Assembly: GCA_964572175.1 (NCBI GenBank)
Contig: CAZNEH010000003.1
Span: 7,488-68,384 of the forward strand
DNA: 60,897 bases
Direction: 5' to 3'
Origin: an uncultured Gammaproteobacteria bacterium
GTDB taxonomy: Bacteria > Patescibacteriota > Patescibacteriia > UBA9570 > CAZNEH01
A model generated the notes under the pieces. That model saw only the letters and a list, made by a program, of their open reading frames with translations, was not told the DNA's origin and searched no databases. Within the stretch, counting starts at the first letter, position 1; each line of letters starts with the position of its first letter. Positions 26,224 to 34,915 of the stretch are shown here, piece after piece. Position numbers and translations under genes: made by a program.

Positions 26224-27007
26224 ATCTTTTGACGCCTAGTTTAAAGACTAAATTAGTTAATAAATAACAAATAATTATCCAGACACAAGTAACTATTCCA
26301 CCGACAATCATTTCTTGAACAGAAGCTTGGGCTTGTAAAACTCTAATCGGAAAATAAATTAAATAACTAAATGGCAGGTAAACAAATATATCTTGGATTA
26401 TTTGAGGAAAGAAAACTAGAGGGACGACTGCTCCACTTAAAAAGGAAATAATATATTTAATGCTGCGATAAAAACGTCGAGATTCAGTGATCCAAAAAGC
26501 AGAGAAAGCAAAAATTATTTTTATCCAATAAGAAAGAATAAAGGCTAAGGCAAAAAATACAAAAAATAATAATAAATTAATTAAACTAGGAATAGCTAGG
26601 TAAGAGTTAAAGAATAAAAAGATTCCTAAAATAAATAGACCATTGAATAAAGTACGCATTAGACCATGGGAAAGTTCGTAATAGAAATAAGCCCAGATGT
26701 AGCTATATGGTTTTACTAAGTTAAAAGATAAAGAGCCCTCTTTGATGTCCCAAATAACTGGCTCGGCACTGAAAACAGAAGTGGCCTGATTGATAAGCCG
26801 AGCAAAAATATAATAAGTTATCATTCCAGCTAAAGTGTAACCCTTGATAGTCTCTTGGCCAGGGATTTGGAAAAGGGCTGTCCATAAGACAATGTAAACT
26901 ATTAATGGGTAAAGCTCTGAAAAAACATCAATAAAAAAATTGAACTTATATTGTAAGCTGTCTTGCCACATCATTTTTGCAAAAGAGGTATAGTTTTTGA
27001 TTTTCAT
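26204..27007 (-). CDS. ABC-2 family permease, type A copy 2
   Basis: 267 aa, polytopic. Its N-terminus resembles that of 27792-28586. Confidence 0.7.
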   Translation of the reverse strand: MKIKNYTSFAKMMWQDSLQYKFNFFIDVFSELYPLIVYIVLWTALFQIPGQETIKGYTLAGMITYYIFARLINQATSVFSAEPVIWDIKEGSLSFNLVKPYSYIWAYFYYELSHGLMRTLFNGLFILGIFLFFNSYLAIPSLINLLLFFVFFALAFILSYWIKIIFAFSAFWITESRRFYRSIKYIISFLSGAVVPLVFFPQIIQDIFVYLPFSYLIYFPIRVLQAQASVQEMIVGGIVTCVWIIICYLLTNLVFKLGVKRYEAVGN

Positions 27008-27811
27008 TTACGAGGAAGCTGAGGAATAATGTTTAAGCGCAAATCGCCAAAAAGAAATGGCGATTACGAGTAATATTATACTGAAAAATAAGGCAAATGT
27101 AAAATAGGGCCAGTTATTTTGTCCTAATAAGACTTGGGAAGGGAAAGTGGCAATGATAGTAATAGGAAGAATATAGTCAAAGCCTAGCTTTACTCCTCTA
27201 CTGTAAATAGTGGTTGGATAACGAGAAGTTTGGAGTAGGTTTTCGAAGAATCTACCTAAGCCAGTGGAGTTAATGGTCCAGAAACTGGTAGAGGCAATGA
27301 TTAAAGTGATTGCGTAAATAAAGACAACTGAATTTAATAGTAATAAAATAAATAATAAAATATTTTGCCAGGCAAAAACTAAAGAAGTATTAACAAAGAT
27401 ATAGTACCAGAAATAAATTAAGGGCAGATGAGAAAATAAATCAAAAACGTCAAACACCTTAAAAGAAGTGATGAATAAAGTATTAACTGGTTTAACTAAA
27501 GAAAAATCAAAGTCTCCCCTTTTTACATCACGAGGAAAATAATAAAATAAGTTGCGGTGGAAGGTCATGACAATAATAGCTTCTATAGTTAAGTAAGTAG
27601 CTATTAAAACTAGGATTTCATTAAAGTTCCACTCGCCTATGGCTGGAATGTTTAAGTAAATGGCGTAGAAAAATACGATTAAGATTAGACCACGAAGAAT
27701 TTTACCGATTAAGGCAGTAAAAAAACTTAAGCGGTACATGGTATGTAAAAAGAAATGTACCCTAATAAAGTATTTTGAGATTCGTAGATATTTAAATACC
27801 TTCGCCAGCAT
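27008..27811 (-). CDS. ABC-2 family permease, type B copy 1
   Basis: 267 aa. It ends in KHYSSASS. Confidence 0.7.
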   Translation of the reverse strand: MLAKVFKYLRISKYFIRVHFFLHTMYRLSFFTALIGKILRGLILIVFFYAIYLNIPAIGEWNFNEILVLIATYLTIEAIIVMTFHRNLFYYFPRDVKRGDFDFSLVKPVNTLFITSFKVFDVFDLFSHLPLIYFWYYIFVNTSLVFAWQNILLFILLLLNSVVFIYAITLIIASTSFWTINSTGLGRFFENLLQTSRYPTTIYSRGVKLGFDYILPITIIATFPSQVLLGQNNWPYFTFALFFSIILLVIAISFWRFALKHYSSASS

Positions 27812-28586
27812 ATCGTTTTATTCCTCGTTTATAAACTATGTAAACTACTAACAATAATCCTAAGATCCATAAGCAGGCTTCTCCGGCATAGAATAATATT
27901 TCAGCATAGGTTAATTTATCTAAATATATTTGCATGGGTAGCCAGTTAACAAATTTAAACGGTAAAGCAAAAAATATTTTTTGAAGTGACCCTGGGAATA
28001 AGGTTAGCGGGATTAAAGCACCGGAAGCGATTTCCATAACTCGACGCACTACAAAACGGGGTCCCCAAGTTTGTTCAAACCAAAAAGCAATAATAGAGCC
28101 TAGGTAAAAGATTAGGAAGTGAATCAAGGCGGCGACTATGATAGCTAGGATTACTAGGATAATATTTTGAGGAGCTATTAGAAAGTCGAATAAGAATATA
28201 ACAATAAAGATAAAAGAGATTAACCCTAGTAAAAGAGTGATTACTCTACGGCATAGGTCGCGAGTGAGCCACCACATTGTTGGGTTTACTGGGCGGACTA
28301 GGTTTATGGAAAGGAGTCCTTGATTGATGTCGTCGTTTATTTCGTCTCCTTGAGCGGTTAGGAGGATGAAGCTATTGATTAGCCCGGCCCCGAGTAAGTA
28401 GGTAATCATTTGCTTGAGGGTGTATCCGCCAATAATGTCTAGGGCTTGGGATTGGTAGATGTAATACCACAAAGCAATGGTGATTAACATGGTGATTAAT
28501 CCCCCGATTATTTCTAACCAAAAATTCATCCGGTAAGCCAGATATTCTTGCCAAGTAAGTTTTGCTACTAGCCAGTATTTTTTCAT
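27792..28586 (-). CDS. ABC-2 family permease, type A copy 1
   Basis: 264 aa, polytopic. First gene of the operon. Confidence 0.7.
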   Translation of the reverse strand: MKKYWLVAKLTWQEYLAYRMNFWLEIIGGLITMLITIALWYYIYQSQALDIIGGYTLKQMITYLLGAGLINSFILLTAQGDEINDDINQGLLSINLVRPVNPTMWWLTRDLCRRVITLLLGLISFIFIVIFLFDFLIAPQNIILVILAIIVAALIHFLIFYLGSIIAFWFEQTWGPRFVVRRVMEIASGALIPLTLFPGSLQKIFFALPFKFVNWLPMQIYLDKLTYAEILFYAGEACLWILGLLLVVYIVYKRGIKRYAGEGI

Positions 28587-28624
28587 TTTTTAGCTAATTT
28601 TAGGCTATTTTAAGGTGTTAATAT

Positions 28625-28653
28625 TGACAAAAGTGTATTTATATGATATCATA
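28625..28653 (+). promoter_or_regulatory. promoter of the structured RNA candidate
   Basis: TTGACA (28625-28630), 17 nt spacer, TATCAT (28648-28653). Confidence 0.6.
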
Positions 28654-28659
28654 TTATGT

Positions 28660-29035
28660 TGTTTACTGTAAGAGACGCTGGATGATTCCCTCAGGGACAA
28701 AGGGGTGCACCTTTTGAGCCTGATAAGATCCTAGCGTGAGTAATACAATCTCCTGAGAAGTCGGCATACAAATAAGTCCTGCGGAGGAGAGAGTACTGAT
28801 CATTAATGGCCATGGGTTCTAAAGTAACTGGGCCCATTGATGGTAAGCAGAGCGAATGACAAAGCCGCTGCCAAGTGCCGCCCGGGGAAAACTATCGAGT
28901 CCCTGGGTTGCCGGTAGCCCACCGCGTCGCGCTGTGGACCCTGGTATCGTCTGGGAGTACCGCTTGCGAGAGACCACTTTTGCATGAACAACTTGGGGCC
29001 TGCTATAGCACTACAGCAGCCCCTTCTTTTTTTTG
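28660..29035 (+). ncRNA. candidate structured RNA of unknown class (~375 nt); the 5' end is estimated
   Basis: A GC-enriched block in an AT-rich intergenic region with its own promoter. Nested helices can be drawn: 28675-28683/28728-28737, 28699-28703/28710-28714, 28749-28754/28785-28790, 28805-28811/28830-28838 and 28881-28887/28901-28907. It ends in a strong terminator (28995-29023 hairpin plus T-run to 29035). There is no SD-led ORF. Confidence 0.5.
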
Positions 29036-29047
29036 TTTAATTTTTTG

Positions 29048-29056
29048 TGTTATAAT
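29048..29056 (+). promoter_or_regulatory. extended -10 promoter, leaderless, for 29065-29529
   Basis: TGTTATAAT. The ATG lies 8 nt after the -10. Confidence 0.5.
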
Positions 29057-29064
29057 CTAAGTAT

Positions 29065-29529
29065 ATGAAATTTTTAACAAAAATACAACTTAGTAAATGG
29101 TGGTTTTTATTCTTTATTATTTGGATTATTGTTTTTATAACCCTGGGAATAGAGTCTGGAGAGGGTTCTCAGCCAACTGAGGATAGCTCTCCATTGTTAG
29201 ACACTATTTACATTATCTCTAGTCCATTTGTTTTGGGCTTTTTGTATTATTATCTTTATCGTCGGGTTAATAAGTGGATCGTCTTTTTATCAGCTCCTTT
29301 TATTGGAATGTTGATGGAATGGTTCTTGTTTCGGCCAGCGGACGTGCTTAATGAAAGTACTACGGTAGAGGCGCTTTGGTTTTTTGCTTGGATCTGGACA
29401 GTTATTTTGATTCCTCCTTATTTCTTAACTCGGATCGCGGATCGGTCTAAGAAGCACTTGTTGGGAGTAATTGCTTTTGTAGTAGTTTGTTTTGCGGCCG
29501 CGATTGTTAACCTAGTAATTGGATTCTAA
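29065..29529 (+). CDS. polytopic membrane protein, unknown function
   Basis: 154 aa with about 4 TM helices. No family recognised. Confidence 0.6.
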   Translation: MKFLTKIQLSKWWFLFFIIWIIVFITLGIESGEGSQPTEDSSPLLDTIYIISSPFVLGFLYYYLYRRVNKWIVFLSAPFIGMLMEWFLFRPADVLNESTTVEALWFFAWIWTVILIPPYFLTRIADRSKKHLLGVIAFVVVCFAAAIVNLVIGF

Positions 29530-30027
29530 TTCCTTAATTACTTTATTATAAACTTCTTCCCTGTTTTCTTCAGTTATTTCAAAAATAGTCACGTCACTTC
29601 TATTTTTTATTTGCTCAGTAAATTCGTCGCTGTAAATTTTAGAAATTCCAGCTAAGCAAGTATTTTCAGAGTCTAAATATTTAAGAGTTAACTCTTTAAA
29701 TTTGTCAGAGAATAGTTCCATTTCCCCTATTTCATCTAAATACAAGAAATCATTTGGTTGAAAATTTTCTACTTCTGGTAAAATGCTTTCAAAATTTTCT
29801 AAGTCTACAGAATAACTAGAGACCTTGTAAGGAGTATTTATTTTTTTACTAGAGAGTAATTGTTTTCCTCTAGAGTGAGTTTCTACTTCAAAACCAGTTC
29901 GTTCTCCTTGTTCTCTAATTTCATTAGTTACAAAACCAACTTTATTTTTAATATCAGAAATAACCTTGTTTATTAAGGTGCTTTTTCCGCTTCTAGGCAT
30001 GCCGGTTATCAAGATATTTTTAGGCAT
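29512..30027 (-). CDS. THEP1-type nucleoside-triphosphatase (NTPase_1)
   Basis: 171 aa with Walker A (ITGMPRSGKSTL), GFVTNEIREQGERTGFEV and Walker B (LYLDEIGEMEL), as in the THEP1 family. Confidence 0.7.
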   Translation of the reverse strand: MPKNILITGMPRSGKSTLINKVISDIKNKVGFVTNEIREQGERTGFEVETHSRGKQLLSSKKINTPYKVSSYSVDLENFESILPEVENFQPNDFLYLDEIGEMELFSDKFKELTLKYLDSENTCLAGISKIYSDEFTEQIKNRSDVTIFEITEENREEVYNKVIKELESNY

Positions 30028-30499
30028 ATTCTTCTAATTCCTTAAATATTTTGTCCTCTGTTTTATATCGCAACACAGCAGCCGCGTTTTTGGCACAGTA
30101 CTCTAATTCTGGCTGGTTTTGGGTCTTGGTATAGTGTTTAAAGCTATCTAAGGTGTCTGCGGCTTTAACGATAAGGGCGTCTTTCCCTAGCTCGGCGCAG
30201 CGGCGGCAAAGGTCTTGGATTCTTTCATCTTTGTCATCGATAGAGCGGTCCTTAGAGTTGGCTTGGATGATCTCTAGGACTCTGGGGCCGAATTGGTCAG
30301 AGATTATCTGAGGGTTGATGTCTGACCATTCTATCATATCGTGAAGATACCCGGCTAAAACAATGTCTTCGGAGTAACCATTTTCTTGGAGGTATTCGCC
30401 TACTCTGGTGACGTGGGGTAACATTTGTTTTTTTGAATGCGCTTCAGAAGGCGGGCAATATTTTTTGATTAGTTTAATTGCTTGGGTTATTTTGGACAT
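30020..30499 (-). CDS. HD-domain phosphohydrolase (small, SpoT/Mesh1-like HD_4 type)
   Basis: 159 aa with H...HD signature (LPHVTRVGEYL...LAGYLHDMIEWS). Confidence 0.6.
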   Translation of the reverse strand: MSKITQAIKLIKKYCPPSEAHSKKQMLPHVTRVGEYLQENGYSEDIVLAGYLHDMIEWSDINPQIISDQFGPRVLEIIQANSKDRSIDDKDERIQDLCRRCAELGKDALIVKAADTLDSFKHYTKTQNQPELEYCAKNAAAVLRYKTEDKIFKELEEYA

Positions 30500-30515
30500 A
30501 TAAGATTTTATTTGT

Positions 30516-30542
30516 GCTGTTGTGATCTAGCTTGTCTAGATC
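30516..30542 (+). repeat. 3'-half copy of the triple-hairpin repeat
   Basis: GCTGTTGTGATCTAGCTTGTCTAGATC is identical to the right halves of 51818-51884 and 53820-53888. It overlaps the stop of the GT4 gene. Confidence 0.75.
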
Positions 30543-31570
30543 AGCAATTTTTTCAATTTTTCCGCTTGTAACTTCCAAGTGAATTCGTTAGCGACGCGGT
30601 TTTTGCCTTGTTCACCAAGGCGGTCAGCTAAGTCTTGGTTGTATAAAAGTTGAATGATGGCTTTGGCGATCATGTGAGGGTCTTCGGGGTCAACTAGGAA
30701 GCCGGTTTTGCCGTCGACAACAGCATCAGGGACGCCGCCAGAGTTACCAGCAATGACAGGTTTGCCGAAAGAATTAGCTTCGAGAAATACTAAGCCGAAA
30801 CCTTCGACGTCTTGGTCTGGTAAGGCGCGGGAAGGCATGATGAAAAGATTACAGCCAGCGTACAAGCGAGCGATTTCTTCTTCTGGAACGCGGCCCATGA
30901 ACTCGACGTTTTTTTCTAACTTATGTTTTTTTACAAAATCTTCAAGTGTGTCGCGGTAAGGACCGTCGCCAGCAATAAGATATTGGGCTTTAGGAAATTT
31001 TTTGATTACGGCAGGCATGGCGCGCAAGACCATGTCGTGGCCCTTGCGTTTTACAAGGCGACCCACAGAAAGGATTGTTGGTTGTTCAGGGCTAGAGGGT
31101 AGATCAGGGTACTTGGCTGGAGTGAGGTTGGGGCCAGGAGGAATAATGGAAATTTTATATTGATTACGGCCAGTTAAAAGTTTTTGTAATTCCCGTTTAG
31201 TGTAATTAGAAACAGTAGTGACTCGTTCACTAGCGTTTAATATTTTGGTCATGAGCCATTTTTTGCGAGGATATTTTAAAGGATAAGTAATATCCATGGC
31301 ATGAGTCATGGTAATGTATTTAATCGGCAGGACTTTACTAAGGAGCCAAACTACGGTGCCTAAAGGTAAAACTTGGCCGACTAAAACTAGTTCTATTTTT
31401 TCTTTCTTTATGGTTTTAGTTATAGTTAAAAAAGATCTGAGCCAGTGTTTTTTAATAACCAGAACAGATATCTTAGTGGACGGTAAATTTTGGACCATGT
31501 TAGCGTAGTAGTTGGCTACGCCTCCTACTTGAGGTGGGTATTCTAAAGTGACTAGCAATGTTTTTCTCAT
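30536..31570 (-). CDS. glycosyltransferase family 4
   Basis: 344 aa with EGFGLVFLEANSFGKPVIAGNSGGVPDAV. Confidence 0.85.
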   Translation of the reverse strand: MRKTLLVTLEYPPQVGGVANYYANMVQNLPSTKISVLVIKKHWLRSFLTITKTIKKEKIELVLVGQVLPLGTVVWLLSKVLPIKYITMTHAMDITYPLKYPRKKWLMTKILNASERVTTVSNYTKRELQKLLTGRNQYKISIIPPGPNLTPAKYPDLPSSPEQPTILSVGRLVKRKGHDMVLRAMPAVIKKFPKAQYLIAGDGPYRDTLEDFVKKHKLEKNVEFMGRVPEEEIARLYAGCNLFIMPSRALPDQDVEGFGLVFLEANSFGKPVIAGNSGGVPDAVVDGKTGFLVDPEDPHMIAKAIIQLLYNQDLADRLGEQGKNRVANEFTWKLQAEKLKKLLI

Positions 31571-31571
31571 A

Positions 31572-33035
31572 TTAAGCCTTTCCTCTTTTTAATAATGCTT
31601 TTAAATCACTGGTTGAGACAGCAGTTGTTAATAAAATTAAAGCTAGGTAACTGAATCCAGCTAAGACGATCAGGATTATTAAATGTAAAGAGTCTCGAAG
31701 TAAATAAGTTACTACGCCCATGCCTAAAGCAGAGATTAGAACTAAAATGAATTTTTTTAGCAAGAAGAGCTTACTAAATTTAGTGATTTTATAAACCCAA
31801 GGAAGACCAAGGCCAACTAAGACAATACTAGAAGCAAGGGCTGCGGCGCTGGCGCCTAAGTAAGTGTATTTTGGAATTAAGATAAAATTTAAAACAACAT
31901 TAACCATTAAGGCAATGCCCATGTTTAAAGTATTTAAAGTTTGGCGGTTGCAGGCATTTAATAGATTGCCAATTGGATAGTTGAAGAACAAGAAGAATAA
32001 GCTAAGCATTAATATTTGCAAGGCTTGAATAGAAGCTTCAAAGGCAGGTCCCCAAACAGTTAGAATGATTTTATCAGCTAAGACTAAGGTACCAACAACG
32101 ATTGGCAAGCTAAGAATCAACATGTAAAAGGATCCGTTTTCGAAAAGTTTTTTAACTTTAGATATTTCGTGTTTAAACCAATAACTTACTTCTGGGAAAT
32201 AAGAGGTAGCAAATGATCCAGGTAAAACAGTTAAGGCAAAAGTAAGTTTAAAAGCCAAAGCATACCAACCAACATAACGATCACCAGCTAAAAGTTTTAA
32301 CATTACGCTATCTACAGAACCGTTTAATTTATAAAAAATTCCAGCAATAGCAAAAGGCGCGGAAAGTTTTAACATTTTCCAGAAAAATCCACCAGATATT
32401 TTGAAACGAAATTTTAGGTCTGTTTTTTTGAATATTAAAGTAGAAGCATAAATAATATTAAAGGAGCTGCCGATAATTAAGGCTCCAATAATGTATTCTA
32501 AAGGCATATTTAGCCATAAAGCTAAAATACCAGTTCCGACTACTAAGGATTGGTAGATTATTACACTTAAGGCCTCGAACTTCATCTGCTTTAGAGCTCG
32601 GAACACAGAAAAGAATGTATAAGTTAAAGTGTCGAGTAAAATAACTACCCCGCCTAAGTAAACTAGTTGAACGTCATAGGTAGTGATATTTTGATAGCCA
32701 AGCCAGTTAAATAAATTAATAGTTATAGCCATTCCTAAAAGAGAAACAACTATTAAGATTGTTTTTATGCTTAAAGTGTTTTGGAAAAAAGTTTGTAGCT
32801 TTTCTTTGTCTTTACTTCCCTCTCTAGTAAGGATTGGGCCAAGGCCGAAATCCATAAAAATGATAAAGATAGAAGTAAAAGTGAGAACAAAAGTATATTT
32901 ACCCAGATTTTCTGGGCCGAGACAAGCAGCAAGATAGGAGTAATAACCAAAAGAAATGATCTTTTGGATTAAAGATGCTAAAGTAAGATAAGTAGTATTT
33001 TTAGTAAGACTAGATTGTTTTAACGTTTTGACCAT
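31572..33035 (-). CDS. polysaccharide/oligosaccharide flippase (MOP/Wzx-like)
   Basis: 487 aa, about 12-14 TM, typical Wzx/polysaccharide-biosynthesis-protein layout. Confidence 0.75.
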   Translation of the reverse strand: MVKTLKQSSLTKNTTYLTLASLIQKIISFGYYSYLAACLGPENLGKYTFVLTFTSIFIIFMDFGLGPILTREGSKDKEKLQTFFQNTLSIKTILIVVSLLGMAITINLFNWLGYQNITTYDVQLVYLGGVVILLDTLTYTFFSVFRALKQMKFEALSVIIYQSLVVGTGILALWLNMPLEYIIGALIIGSSFNIIYASTLIFKKTDLKFRFKISGGFFWKMLKLSAPFAIAGIFYKLNGSVDSVMLKLLAGDRYVGWYALAFKLTFALTVLPGSFATSYFPEVSYWFKHEISKVKKLFENGSFYMLILSLPIVVGTLVLADKIILTVWGPAFEASIQALQILMLSLFFLFFNYPIGNLLNACNRQTLNTLNMGIALMVNVVLNFILIPKYTYLGASAAALASSIVLVGLGLPWVYKITKFSKLFLLKKFILVLISALGMGVVTYLLRDSLHLIILIVLAGFSYLALILLTTAVSTSDLKALLKRGKA

Positions 33036-33448
33036 TGTGGTGCACGTCGGGCTTTTTTCAAACCTGGTTTCTTTCGTTCTTTGATTCGTGCATCACGGGT
33101 TAATAGCCCAGCTTTTTTAAGAGGAGGTCTTAGAGTTTCGTCCACAAGCAATAATACTCTGGCAATTCCATGAGCAGATGCTTCAGCTTGGCCTTTGCTT
33201 CCTCCGCCAACGACTTTAATAGAAATGTCGCCAGCTAGTTGGTGATTAGATTTGTCTAAAGGAGAGAAAACAATTCGTTGTAACTCTTTAGTTGGGAAAT
33301 ATTCGGTATAATCTTTTTCGTTAACAATGATTTTACCTTCTCCTTTTTTAATATAACGAACTCTGGCAGAGGCAGATTTTCTGCGTCCAACAGCGTAATG
33401 ATAATTTTTTCTAGTAGTAGCCATATTTATGTGGACAAGCCGAGGCAT
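33020..33448 (-). CDS. rpsI: 30S ribosomal protein S9
   Basis: YAVGRRKSASARV...GGGSKGQAEA...LTRDARIKERKKPGLKKARRAPQWSKR. The true start may be MATTRK at 33424. Confidence 0.95.
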   Translation of the reverse strand: MPRLVHINMATTRKNYHYAVGRRKSASARVRYIKKGEGKIIVNEKDYTEYFPTKELQRIVFSPLDKSNHQLAGDISIKVVGGGSKGQAEASAHGIARVLLLVDETLRPPLKKAGLLTRDARIKERKKPGLKKARRAPQWSKR

Positions 33449-33452
33449 GTCC

Positions 33453-33791
33453 TTACTTAATTGTTAATCTTTTCATCATTCCGCTTCTAAGCTTGTTTTT
33501 TGGAAGCATTCCATAAACAGCTTTTTCTAAACGCTTTGCAGGAGTAAGCTCTCTAGCAGTTTTCTTTTTAAGACCACTTGGGTAACCAGAATAACTAGTG
33601 TATTCTTTTTGTTCCATTTTTTTACCACTAAGAGTAGCCTTGGCGACGTTTTCTACAGTTACTTTAGGGCCTTTATCTTGGTGATAAACAAAATCAGGAT
33701 TGTCTTTACCACGAAGTTTAACAGATACTTCAGAAGCTAAGCGTCCTAAAGCTTTGCCGGTAGCGTCGATTGTAATTTCTTTATTTTCCAT
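33453..33791 (-). CDS. rplM: 50S ribosomal protein L13 (short form)
   Basis: 112 aa with IDATGKALGRLASEVSVKLRGK and MLPKNKL. Shorter than the E. coli L13 sequence I aligned it against from memory. Confidence 0.9.
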   Translation of the reverse strand: MENKEITIDATGKALGRLASEVSVKLRGKDNPDFVYHQDKGPKVTVENVAKATLSGKKMEQKEYTSYSGYPSGLKKKTARELTPAKRLEKAVYGMLPKNKLRSGMMKRLTIK

Positions 33792-33792
33792 A

Positions 33793-34143
33793 TTATACTA
33801 ATTCAATTTGAGCGATATCTGCTCCGTCTCCTTGGCGAGATCCTAGCTTGATGATTCTAGTGTATCCACCTTCGCGTTCTTTGTAGTTAGGGGCAATATC
33901 TTTAATTAATTTATCAACGGCTTTTTTGTCGTTTAAACGAGCTAAAAGATAACGGCGAGTAGCTAAATCGTCTTTGCGAGCTCTAGAGATTAAACGTTCG
34001 ATCATTGGTTGAACCGCTTTAGCCTTGGCTTGAGTGGTTTTCATCTTTTTATGTAAAAAGAAATTAACCATTAATCCTCTAAATAATGCTTTACGAGGAC
34101 CTCTAGCTCGGTCTAAAGTTTTTTTCTTTTTTTGGTGTCTCAT
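33793..34143 (-). CDS. rplQ: 50S ribosomal protein L17
   Basis: 116 aa with MRHQKKKKTLDRARGPRKAL...TTQAKAKAVQPMIERLI. Confidence 0.95.
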   Translation of the reverse strand: MRHQKKKKTLDRARGPRKALFRGLMVNFFLHKKMKTTQAKAKAVQPMIERLISRARKDDLATRRYLLARLNDKKAVDKLIKDIAPNYKEREGGYTRIIKLGSRQGDGADIAQIELV

Positions 34144-34145
34144 AA

Positions 34146-34904
34146 TTATTCTTCCTCTTCTTTAGTTTCTTCTTTAACTTCTTCTGCTTCTTCTTTTAGG
34201 TCTTCAGGTGTTCCGCTGAAGTCGGTGTTATTTAGTAAGTCAAAATGGTCAACTAAAATTTTAGCACTGTCTTTAAAAGCTTCTTCTGGAGATAAAGTTC
34301 CATCAGTAACAATGTCTAAAGTAAGCTTGTCGTAGTTAGTTTGTTTACCAACACGAACATGTTCAGATTTAAAGTTAACGTTTTTAACCGGGGTATAAAT
34401 AGCGTCGATAGAAATATAACCAACGTCTAATTTTTCCTTTTCTCTGTTTTCTACAGGAACATAACCCATTCCTTTATTAACCATTACGCTCATTTCAAAT
34501 TCAGTGCTTTTATCAGTGATAGTGGCTAAGTGTAATTTTGGGTTAGTTACTTCTACTTCGCTGTTTTTGTCGAAGTCACCAGCGGTTACTTTTTTGTCGC
34601 CTTTAACTTTTAAGGTTAATTCTTGAGGTTCGTCTGAGTGCATTTTTAAAGTAACTTGTTTTAAGTTCAAGATAATTTCTACGATATCTTCTTTAATATT
34701 TTCTAAGCTAGAAAATTCGTGGTCAACGCCTTTAATTTTCACCGCAGTAATAGCTCCACCTGGTAAAGATGATAGCAATACTCTTCGTAAGGCATTCCCT
34801 AAAGTAGTACCGTAACCTGGGTAACATGGGCTAACGATGATCTCAGAATGATTTTTCTCAATCTCGTTAGTGGTAATTTGATTAGGTAAAGTGATGTTTT
34901 CCAT
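34146..34904 (-). CDS. rpoA: RNA polymerase alpha subunit, N-terminal domain only with an acidic tail
   Basis: 252 aa with GYGTTLGNALRRVLLSS and the rest of the alpha NTD. It ends ...FDLLNNTDFSGTPEDLKEEAEEVKEETKEEEE, with no helix-hairpin-helix CTD. Confidence 0.9.
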   Translation of the reverse strand: MENITLPNQITTNEIEKNHSEIIVSPCYPGYGTTLGNALRRVLLSSLPGGAITAVKIKGVDHEFSSLENIKEDIVEIILNLKQVTLKMHSDEPQELTLKVKGDKKVTAGDFDKNSEVEVTNPKLHLATITDKSTEFEMSVMVNKGMGYVPVENREKEKLDVGYISIDAIYTPVKNVNFKSEHVRVGKQTNYDKLTLDIVTDGTLSPEEAFKDSAKILVDHFDLLNNTDFSGTPEDLKEEAEEVKEETKEEEE

Positions 34905-34915
34905 ATGTTTTTTAT

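Noticed and set aside
28806-28987. Small ORFs inside the RNA candidate: 17 codons (28806-28859), ATGA-coupled to 43 codons (28856-28987, MTKPLPSAARGKLSSPWVAGSPP...).
   Set aside because: The nearest SD-like GGAGGAG is 15 nt from the first ATG, and no SD precedes the second. The composition is lower than in the protein cassettes. This is not fully excluded and is kept as an alternative in the finding.
28660-29035. The structured RNA as RNase P RNA, tmRNA, SRP RNA or a riboswitch leader.
   Set aside because: - RNase P: GAGAAGUCGGC (about 28755) and GACAAAGCCGCU (about 28858) can mimic P4 with a bulged U. However, they are only ~100 nt apart with ~160 nt following, and the GAGGAAAGUCC box is absent.
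- tmRNA: there is no tRNA-like acceptor/T-arm and no tag ORF.
- SRP RNA: there is only a loose GGUAAGCAG...GAUGAC...GUGCCG resemblance to SRP domain IV.
- Riboswitch: I found no known riboswitch core.

All of this needs a covariance-model scan to settle.
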